This document shows positions 1 to 6,636 of a stretch of 32,000 nt of DNA, in pieces (the stretch's first letter is position 1; each line of letters starts with the position of its first letter). The stretch lies in the NCBI GenBank assembly GCA_963692945.1, contig OY843585.1, forward strand, positions 120,001 to 152,000. The letters are read 5' to 3'. The notes under the pieces are model-generated. The model did no database searches and had not been told where the DNA came from. It was given only the letters and a program-made list of their open reading frames with translations. This DNA comes from Bdellovibrionales bacterium (GTDB taxonomy: Bacteria; Bdellovibrionota; Bdellovibrionia; Bdellovibrionales; UBA1609). Both the position numbers and the translations under genes were made by a program.

Positions 1-1
1 C

Positions 2-1363
2 TTAACTCGGCAAAGAGTTTGGGGGGTTCCTTTTGTGGTTTTCTATTGTAAAAATTGCTCCACTCCTCTTTTAAATTCAAAAATCACTCATAACATTGCT
101 GATAAAATGGAGGAAAGCAAAGAAGGGATTGAATACTACTTCTCCAAAAAAGTTACTGAACTTCTCCCAAAAAATACAAAATGTGAATCTTGTAATGGAA
201 CAGATTTCAATAAAGGTTACGATATTCTAGATGTCTGGTTTGATAGTGGGATTCAACATGCTGTTTTCAAAAAAAATAAAAATTATAAATTACCATTTCC
301 TTCTGATTTATTTTTAGAAGGAAGTGACCAACATCGTGGATGGTTTCAAACAAGTCTCATTTCTTCTTTAGCCGTTGACGAAACCATCCCCTTTAAAACT
401 CTTTTAACTCATGGATTTGTTAATGATAAAGACGGGAAAAAAATGAGCAAAAGCAAAGGAAACGTTTTAGATCCTTTTGAAGTTATCAAGCAAAGTGGTG
501 CCGAAATTCTAAGACTATGGGTTTCCAGTGAAAACTACAACCATGACATCAATGCCGGGAAACACAGTTTAGAAAGAGTTACAGAAACCTATAGAAGATT
601 TAGAAATACTATTAGATTTTTACTTGGAAACTTGAATAACTTTGATTTTAATAAAGAGGAACAAAATTATAAAAATTTAACTTTAACAGATAAATGGACT
701 CTTTCCCAACTCAACCATTTAATTGCAAATTGCACAGAAGCTTTTGAGTGTTTTACTTTTTATAAGGCCTATCATCATTTGAATCAATTTTTTACAGTCA
801 CGCTTTCAGCCTTTTATTTAGATATCATCAAAGATCGCCTTTACACCTTTGGAGAAAATAGCCCAGAGAGGAAATCAGCTCAAACAGTCCTCTATCACCT
901 TTTAGATTGCCTTCTTCCTCTTATGGCTCCCCTATCCAGTTTCCTTTGTGAGGAAGCTTATGGATATTTTTCAGGGAAAAAAGAAGAGAGTGTTTTACTA
1001 GAAAACTTCCCTAAAATAAATGAGAACTGGAAAAACTCAGAAGTTGAAAATCTTTTCAAAAAATTATTTGTGTTGAGAGAAGACCTTAATAAACAAATAG
1101 AGTCTTTTAGAAAAGAGGGGAAATTAGGGTCTAACCTAGAAGCTTGTGCTGTCTTACAACTTCCAAAAAATTTCCTCGTCCCTCAGATGAAAGAACAAGA
1201 ACTTCTAGAATTTTTCTCAGTTTCAAATGTTAAAATGGTAGAAGGTAAAGAACCCTCAGTGAAAGCTCATTTAGCAAAAGGAGAAAAATGCTTGCGATGT
1301 TGGTTTTACAGTGAATCTCTCAACTCTGATAAAATATGTGCCAAATGCCGTAAAAATCTTTAA
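2..1363 (+). CDS. ileS: Isoleucine--tRNA ligase, C-terminal ~453 aa (5' end outside window)
   Basis: Frame 2 is open from nt 2 (LTRQRVWGVPF precedes the tracked GTG at 35). KMSKSKGN class-I aaRS signature. Cys-x2-Cys zinc knuckles (CKNC, CESC, CLRC, CAKC). Conserved ileS-lspA synteny. Confidence 0.95.
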   Translation, partial: LTRQRVWGVPFVVFYCKNCSTPLLNSKITHNIADKMEESKEGIEYYFSKKVTELLPKNTKCESCNGTDFNKGYDILDVWFDSGIQHAVFKKNKNYKLPFPSDLFLEGSDQHRGWFQTSLISSLAVDETIPFKTLLTHGFVNDKDGKKMSKSKGNVLDPFEVIKQSGAEILRLWVSSENYNHDINAGKHSLERVTETYRRFRNTIRFLLGNLNNFDFNKEEQNYKNLTLTDKWTLSQLNHLIANCTEAFECFTFYKAYHHLNQFFTVTLSAFYLDIIKDRLYTFGENSPERKSAQTVLYHLLDCLLPLMAPLSSFLCEEAYGYFSGKKEESVLLENFPKINENWKNSEVENLFKKLFVLREDLNKQIESFRKEGKLGSNLEACAVLQLPKNFLVPQMKEQELLEFFSVSNVKMVEGKEPSVKAHLAKGEKCLRCWFYSESLNSDKICAKCRKNL

Positions 1364-1393
1364 AATGTTAGAAATTTGGTATAAGGGTAAACT

Positions 1394-1888
1394 ATGAACT
1401 TTTATAAATACTTTTTAACAGCAACCATTTCTGGTTTCATAGTAAGCATTGACCAAGCGACAAAACTCTATGTTCATACTCAAATTAAGATGGGGGAACC
1501 TGTAACTGTTATCAAAGGTTTTTTTAATATCAACTATGTCCGTAATCCAGGAGGAATTTTTGGTCTATTTAGTGACAGTCCTGATTTCATCCGTTACATT
1601 CTCTTTCTTCTCTTTCCTCTTTTTTGTGTTTTCCTCATTTTTACTATGATTAGAGATACAAAAAATAAATTACAAATCACAGCTTTGGCTTTTATTTTAG
1701 GAGGTGCCGTAGGCAATTATATAGATCGTATTCGGTTTGGTTATGTTATTGATTTTATTGATTGGTATGTTAAGAGATTTCATTGGCCTACTTTTAACCT
1801 AGCCGACTCTTTTATTGTCCTAGGAGTTGCCATCCTTTCCGTTTTCTTTTTATTAGAAAAAAATCCTGAAAAAAATACAAAAAGTTAA
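1394..1888 (+). CDS. lspA: Lipoprotein signal peptidase (signal peptidase II)
   Basis: 164 aa, four hydrophobic segments, NYVRNPGGIFG and FNLADS motifs typical of LspA. Lies directly downstream of ileS. Confidence 0.9.
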   Translation: MNFYKYFLTATISGFIVSIDQATKLYVHTQIKMGEPVTVIKGFFNINYVRNPGGIFGLFSDSPDFIRYILFLLFPLFCVFLIFTMIRDTKNKLQITALAFILGGAVGNYIDRIRFGYVIDFIDWYVKRFHWPTFNLADSFIVLGVAILSVFFLLEKNPEKNTKS

Positions 1889-1891
1889 TTT

Positions 1892-2650
1892 ATGAATTCA
1901 AAAATGAAACCATCTCAAACTATACGTCTTAATAAATATCTTGCTCAATGGGGAGGTGTTTCCAGAAGAAAAGCAGATCATTGTATTGAAAAAGGTGAGG
2001 TTTTCATCAATGGAAATAAAGTAAAAAGTTTAGGCACTCTTATTGATCCCGAAAAAGATCAAATACGAATAAAAAATCGTATTATCCATAAACAAAATTT
2101 CTCACCAATTTATATTATGTTCAATAAACCTGAAAATGTATTAACTACAACCACTGATCCAAAAAATCGCACAACCGTTATGGATTTTATAAAAAAATAC
2201 AAACAGCGTATTTTTCCGGTTGGAAGATTAGACTGGAAATCCGAGGGCTTACTTCTCTTAACCAATGACGGAGATTTCGCACAAAAGATTCTACATCCTA
2301 AAAGTAAAATACCTAAAACCTATTTGGTAAAAATTCAAGGAAATCCCACTCCAGCTCATTTAAGAAAACTTGTAACGGGGGTCAGCACTCCTCTAGGAAA
2401 AATGAGAGCTCTTCATGCAGAAAAAGTTTTAAAAACAAGACAAAGTAATCAATGGATTAAAGTCATTATCTCTGAAGGAAAAAACCGACAAATCAGACAT
2501 ATGTTTGATAAATTGGGATACCGAATCGTAAAATTAAGGAGAGTCTCTATAGGAAGATTAAAATTAAACAAGTTGAAAAAAGGGACTTATGTATTCTTAA
2601 AAAAAACAGATGCTGAAAAAGCCTTTCTAACTTTAAAAGAACTCTATTAG
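1892..2650 (+). CDS. rluB: Pseudouridine synthase, RsuA/RluB family (N-terminal S4 domain)
   Basis: S4-like RLNKYLAQWGGVSRRKAD, catalytic PVGRLDWKSEGLLLLTNDG motif, KNRQIRHMF motif. Confidence 0.85.
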   Translation: MNSKMKPSQTIRLNKYLAQWGGVSRRKADHCIEKGEVFINGNKVKSLGTLIDPEKDQIRIKNRIIHKQNFSPIYIMFNKPENVLTTTTDPKNRTTVMDFIKKYKQRIFPVGRLDWKSEGLLLLTNDGDFAQKILHPKSKIPKTYLVKIQGNPTPAHLRKLVTGVSTPLGKMRALHAEKVLKTRQSNQWIKVIISEGKNRQIRHMFDKLGYRIVKLRRVSIGRLKLNKLKKGTYVFLKKTDAEKAFLTLKELY

Positions 2651-3111
2651 TTTGATTTGGCTCGCTTTTTTTTCATGGCTCTTTCTATTTGTCTGTCTGC
2701 TGTTTTCTTTTTTAAAGTGGCTCTCTTATCTCTATGTGATTTCCCAACCCCCAAAGCAATCTCTACTTTTGCTTTTCCTTTTTTAAAATAAATTCTTAAT
2801 GGAATGCAAGCCATTTTCTTTTGTTGAATCAAGCCTCTTATTTTCTCTATTTCTTTTTTATGGAGTAAAAGTTTCCTCAGTCTTTCTGGCTCATGCCCAC
2901 CTTGCAAAGAGCCTTCATAGGGACTAATGTGAGCTTTTTGCAAAAAAGCTTCATCACCAACAAAAGCAACATAGGCATCCTTTAAATGACACCGACCGTC
3001 CCTTAAAGGCTTAAGTTCACTTCCTTGAAGCACGATTCCTGCTTCAAACTTCTCTTTCAATTCATAGAGAAATCTTGCTTTTTTATTAAAAACAACTTCT
3101 TTAACCGACAT
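2647..3111 (-). CDS. smpB: SsrA-binding protein SmpB
   Basis: 154 aa. NKKARFLYEL, GIVLQGSELK and LLLHKKEI motifs, basic C-terminal tail. 4-nt convergent overlap with rluB. Confidence 0.93.
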   Translation of the reverse strand: MSVKEVVFNKKARFLYELKEKFEAGIVLQGSELKPLRDGRCHLKDAYVAFVGDEAFLQKAHISPYEGSLQGGHEPERLRKLLLHKKEIEKIRGLIQQKKMACIPLRIYFKKGKAKVEIALGVGKSHRDKRATLKKKTADRQIERAMKKKRAKSN

Positions 3112-3152
3112 ACTTTAAAAATAAAACGAGTCTCTTTTAAGAGCAAGATTCT

Positions 3153-3370
3153 TTTACAAAACTCTAATGTTACTCTACTTATTTTCTGACCTTTCATCGT
3201 AAGAGGGACACTCTTCAAGTTCAGAAAACAAGGAGGGGTATTCTTAGAGAAAAACTGATGTTTTTCGCATATTAGTTTAGGAGTTTTCATCGTAAAAGGG
3301 GACACTCTTCAAATCTCGTTAAAATAAGAGTTATGTAACAGTCTTATGTTTGAACTAGAGTTTTTGAAAA
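3153..3370 (+). repeat. Composite copy (two cores) of a nested-inverted-repeat element
   Basis: Left TIR TTTACAAAACTCTAATGTTA (3153-3172), right TIR TGAACTAGAGTTTTTGAAAA (3351-3370). Two conserved cores at 3192-3219 and 3284-3313. 3306-3331 is identical (26/26) to 7826-7851. Confidence 0.8.
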
Positions 3371-3954
3371 GCTTTGGGTTTAAAACCCTGCCTATTAACA
3401 ATACTGGAACTGCTTCCTGTCGCTCTTATCACAAACAAACCCTCTTTCTCAGCTCTTCTGTCAGAAGATTGGTTGGCTTTTAAATACGCAACGGCTCCAT
3501 AAACTTTTTTACCTTTAAATTCTGGCATAAAATCCGTAACTCTATTTAATTTCTTAATGAAATAATTCAACTCTTTAATATACAAAGTTGTTTTCACTTC
3601 TACAACAACGAGCTCCTCCCCGTTGAGAGCCAAAATATCAAATTCAAATTGTTGTTCCCCATGTTTTTTCACTATATTTGTTGCAGTCCGATCAACTTTG
3701 ATACCTTTTTGTTTTAGAAGTTTCACTAAATCTCCTTCAACTAAAGTTTCCATCAACTTACCCCAGTGACCATTGAATTTTAGATCCGTCTCTCTTATTT
3801 GTTTGGCAGTTGCTTTTAGGCTAGCTCGGAGCTCTTTAATATCTTCTGCTGCTTTTTTATCGCGCTCTTCTTGTGCTTTTTTTTGCTCTTTAAAAAGTTG
3901 CCAGATTTCTGCAAAATAAGATTTAGCTTCTAAAACAGTAGATTTATTACTCAT
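3355..3954 (-). CDS. Coiled-coil + PD-(D/E)XK nuclease-fold protein (DUF3782-like), function unknown
   Basis: 199 aa. N-terminal Lys/Glu-rich helix, then HWGK...E104-F-D106-IL...VVV-E119-V-K121, matching the D...(D/E)xK restriction-endonuclease-like motif and the layout I recall for DUF3782 proteins. AGGAGA Shine-Dalgarno (SD) site 5 nt upstream of the ATG at 3954. The stop codon lies inside the repeat TIR. Confidence 0.75.
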   Translation of the reverse strand: MSNKSTVLEAKSYFAEIWQLFKEQKKAQEERDKKAAEDIKELRASLKATAKQIRETDLKFNGHWGKLMETLVEGDLVKLLKQKGIKVDRTATNIVKKHGEQQFEFDILALNGEELVVVEVKTTLYIKELNYFIKKLNRVTDFMPEFKGKKVYGAVAYLKANQSSDRRAEKEGLFVIRATGSSSSIVNRQGFKPKAFQKL

Positions 3955-4025
3955 TATTTCTCCTTTTTTTAGTTTACCATAAGTTATATGCGAAAACCAT
4001 GCCCATTTTATAAAGAAATATTAAA

Positions 4026-4170
4026 AACAAAACTCTCGTTCATTTAACAAAACTCTAGTTCATTTCTAATACTCTTTTCTTTTTAGGAGATTTTCGTCGT
4101 AGGAGAGATACTCCTCAAACACCTAAAAAGAAAAGAGTTCTTACTTATAGTGAACTAGAGTTTTGTAAAA
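4026..4170 (+). repeat. Nested-inverted-repeat element (archetype copy) with a tandemly duplicated left end
   Basis: Tandem 20-mers AACAAAACTCT(C/A)GTTCATTT at 4026-4045 and 4046-4065. TIR 4043-4062 versus 4151-4170. Perfect 17-bp inner stem 4071-4087 / 4122-4138. Core 4091-4120 with hairpin AGGAG-AGATA-CTCCT (4101-4115). Confidence 0.85.
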
Positions 4171-4180
4171 GCGTCTCTCA

Positions 4181-4342
4181 TGTGGAGGGCTTGTAGATTT
4201 TATTTTTTATCTATTTATGAAAGAAGAAGATATTATTAACTTAGCTAAAGCAAAAAAGCCCTCTGTGGAGGGCTTGTGGATTCTATTTTTTAATTTGATC
4301 TATTTATAAAATGGGAATCAATTATTTATAAAATGGGAATCA
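4181..4342 (+). repeat. Duplicated ~40-bp module plus tandem 20-mer
   Basis: TGTGGAGGGCTTGT(A/G)GATT(T/C)TATTTTTTA...TCTATTTAT occurs at 4181-4218 and 4264-4307. TATTTATAAAATGGGAATCA occurs at 4301-4320 and 4323-4342 (22-bp period). Confidence 0.75.
4251..4275 (-). terminator. Rho-independent terminator for the 4340..5293 gene
   Basis: On the minus strand, AAGCCCTC-CACA-GAGGGCTT followed by TTTTG: 8-bp GC-rich stem, 4-nt loop, T-run. About 65 nt downstream of the stop at 4340. Confidence 0.7.
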
Positions 4343-5293
4343 CCAGCTAGAGTCTGAAAACAATTCAGCTGTTCTTTTCATCACAGCATCTCTCTTCTTT
4401 TTGATTTCCACTAATGCATTCCAATAACTTTCACAAAACTTCCCTTCTAACTTTATAAAATCTTTACAAATCTTTGCTTTGTGAGCTCTCTCATTGTCTA
4501 AATCTCTAACCTCTGCTACAAAGTTTTTCATATTATTACACATCTCTATATATATATCATACAACCCCTTATTCCAATATGGGTTAGAGTTTTGACTACA
4601 ATGGGTAGAGACCTCTTCTAATATATTTAAACTATAAATAGCACCTTGATAATGTCTAATAACAGGAAGCAAAGGAACACCAGTCCCCATACCCTCTTTA
4701 TAACCCGGTGAAGAGCGTTCTAATTGAGCATGATGATCTACAACTTGCAAAAAATACCTGTCAAAATACCCTGATGATATCAAATAAAAAGAAGCCAGTT
4801 CAAATAAATGGTCTTTTTCTAAAAGAGCATAAAGAACTGTAGAACCATCGGTTGAAGTAGCATTAGGATAGTTAGGGATGGATTTAATAAGATCTATAAC
4901 TTCTTTATAAGAGGCTATAGCTGAATCTATGATTTCACTATACCTCACTGTGTCTTCAATATCTCTAAAAGTCCCGTCGGTTGTTATATACCTAGCCATC
5001 ATATAAGCGGGGTAAACCCCTTTTTGATCTTTCCCTTTTATTAAATACTTAAAGGCTTCGTCTTTTTTGCCCCTTAATAACAAACATTTGGCTTTCATAA
5101 CTAAGAGGAGGTGATCTTTAGGTTGATCTTGTAGCTGTCTATCTACATCATTTTCATCTTCACAATCTATTATTAAAGATACACTAGAAAAACCAAAGAT
5201 TAAAAAAAACAGCAAGAAAAGAGTTTTAAAAAAATTCATACTAAAAGTTTTTTTAAAACCTTCCCGATAAACATCCTTGTCCCATAAAACCAT
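4340..5293 (-). CDS. Hypothetical signal-anchored or secreted protein, no recognisable family
   Basis: 317 aa. AAGGAGGT SD 3 nt upstream of the ATG at 5293. Hydrophobic segment FFKTLFLLFFLIFGFSSVSLII after an 18-aa N-terminus. Followed by a terminator. Confidence 0.7.
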   Translation of the reverse strand: MVLWDKDVYREGFKKTFSMNFFKTLFLLFFLIFGFSSVSLIIDCEDENDVDRQLQDQPKDHLLLVMKAKCLLLRGKKDEAFKYLIKGKDQKGVYPAYMMARYITTDGTFRDIEDTVRYSEIIDSAIASYKEVIDLIKSIPNYPNATSTDGSTVLYALLEKDHLFELASFYLISSGYFDRYFLQVVDHHAQLERSSPGYKEGMGTGVPLLPVIRHYQGAIYSLNILEEVSTHCSQNSNPYWNKGLYDIYIEMCNNMKNFVAEVRDLDNERAHKAKICKDFIKLEGKFCESYWNALVEIKKKRDAVMKRTAELFSDSSW

Positions 5294-5604
5294 ATAACCT
5301 CCTTGTATAAGTGTCTCAAAATGAGACTCATTTATATTAAATGATTTTCAAAAAAACACAATGAAAAGCTTCTTCATAAAGGAACTTTCTTTAATTTTAC
5401 AAAAGCAAGTGTTTAAAAACTGAACGGTTTTTGTTCTTTTTCCTTTTTAAAAGGATAAAAATCACTTTTTAAATGAGATTTAAATCCCATTCAATAAAAT
5501 TTAAAAAATCCATTCCAGATAAATTGAAATAAATAATTTATAAATAGAAATATAATAAATTTTTTAACTCCTTTTCCTATTTTTGACGATATAATAATAG
5601 GGCT

Positions 5605-6636
5605 ATGTATTTACAAAAAATTTTAAAGATCTTTGTATTTCTCATGATAAGTCCTTTACCTATAAGTTCAACAGCAAACTGTAATGATCGCAATATATGT
5701 AGACCAGAGACTCCAGCTTCAAGGAAGGGTCAAACGGGGCAGAAAAAGAATGTACCACTTGGTGGTGATAGTCATGATGGTAATCAAAATATAGTTGGAA
5801 CTGACTTTTCTGTAGATCATTATCGCATGGGCCGCTACAATCCACATAAAAAGACAGCCTCACAAACTAATATTATTCCTAATGTTGATGGTAATAATCT
5901 TAAAAAAAAATCTAAGATAGAGCAGATGTTATCCTTTCTTGATAAAGGTACTAGTTATAATCATCATTACGAAGTCTTAGGATATAAAAAATTTATTAAT
6001 ACATACTGTAACGGTTTTACGGAAAATTTAAATGAGATAAAAAAGAATCTAGATTATGAATACAGAGATGGTGAAGGACAAGCAGAAGGTATAGCTACAA
6101 ATCAATTAAAAGAGCTAATAATTGCTTGTAAAGATAAATTGAGCAAATTTGATTCTGGTATAGAAACAATCGAATCAGATCATAAAAAATATGAATCTAT
6201 TAAAGAATTAAATGATCGATGGAAAGAAATAAAAAAATTAAAAAATCAATGCCAAAACAGTTATAATCTGAACAAATCACTACTTAAAAATCGTGAAGAA
6301 GATACATTTAACCATTTTGAAACAGAGATACGCATACGTTTTGAAAATTGTGACATGAATGAATATATAGAAATTTATAAAGAAAAAATCAAAAAACTTA
6401 AAAAGCAAGAAGAAGCCAGATGTAACACCGACATCAACGAACCGGAGGGTTGTATAAAAGAACTCAATGATTTTCTCAAGCCTCTTAAGGGAGAAGGCGA
6501 CACTCTTTTATACAAATGCGGTCACTATCCTGAAACAAAAAAATCTTGTTGCAGTAATCTTGATCAAGAAGACTGTGAACATAAAAAATTTTTTAATACT
6601 TACTTAAAAAAATATAAAAAATCCTCATCAATGTAA
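5605..6636 (+). CDS. Cys-rich secreted protein, N-terminal part (frame 1), ends just after a poly-A frameshift site
   Basis: Signal-peptide-like MYLQKILKIFVFLMISPLPISSTA. Many spaced Cys residues and Lys/Glu-rich helices. Stop at 6634-6636 lies just after the A7 (6606-6612) and A6 (6616-6621) runs. Confidence 0.65.
   Translation: MYLQKILKIFVFLMISPLPISSTANCNDRNICRPETPASRKGQTGQKKNVPLGGDSHDGNQNIVGTDFSVDHYRMGRYNPHKKTASQTNIIPNVDGNNLKKKSKIEQMLSFLDKGTSYNHHYEVLGYKKFINTYCNGFTENLNEIKKNLDYEYRDGEGQAEGIATNQLKELIIACKDKLSKFDSGIETIESDHKKYESIKELNDRWKEIKKLKNQCQNSYNLNKSLLKNREEDTFNHFETEIRIRFENCDMNEYIEIYKEKIKKLKKQEEARCNTDINEPEGCIKELNDFLKPLKGEGDTLLYKCGHYPETKKSCCSNLDQEDCEHKKFFNTYLKKYKKSSSM

Noticed and set aside
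3284-3300. Hammerhead-like GATGAAA on the minus strand of the repeat core
   Set aside because: The full CUGAUGA...GAAA core, the three-stem junction and a cleavage-site triplet are all absent, so the similarity is limited to a heptamer.
3057-3305. 82-aa ORF overlapping the smpB start and the repeat element
   Set aside because: It runs through the smpB 5' end and the structured repeat, has no SD, and its composition is repeat-derived. Most likely a spurious ORF.
3192-3313. Possible mini CRISPR array: two ~30-nt repeat cores 92 bp apart, stem-loop plus ...GATGAAAA tail on the minus strand
   Set aside because: Only two adjacent copies, and the spacing is atypical for repeat-spacer units. The other copies are solitary and every copy is embedded in nested inverted repeats. 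No cas genes are in the window. A MITE-like or structured-repeat explanation fits better.
3112-3354. tmRNA (ssrA) expected next to smpB
   Set aside because: No tRNA-like acceptor or T-arm (GGTTCGAATCC-type, ...CCA end) and no tag-peptide reading frame were found. The region is fully accounted for by the repeat element.
4217-4309. 30-codon ORF (MKEEDIINLAKAKKPSVEGLWILFFNLIYL) with a hydrophobic tail, reminiscent of a type I toxin
   Set aside because: No SD. It reads straight through the terminator hairpin and the duplicated module. I have no support beyond the open frame.
5584-5596. TTGACG immediately followed by TATAAT upstream of the Cys-rich gene
   Set aside because: The two hexamers are adjacent with no ~17-bp spacer, so they cannot form a standard -35/-10 pair. 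The TATAAT alone, 8 nt from the ATG, would imply a near-leaderless mRNA. This is unsupported without transcription-start data.
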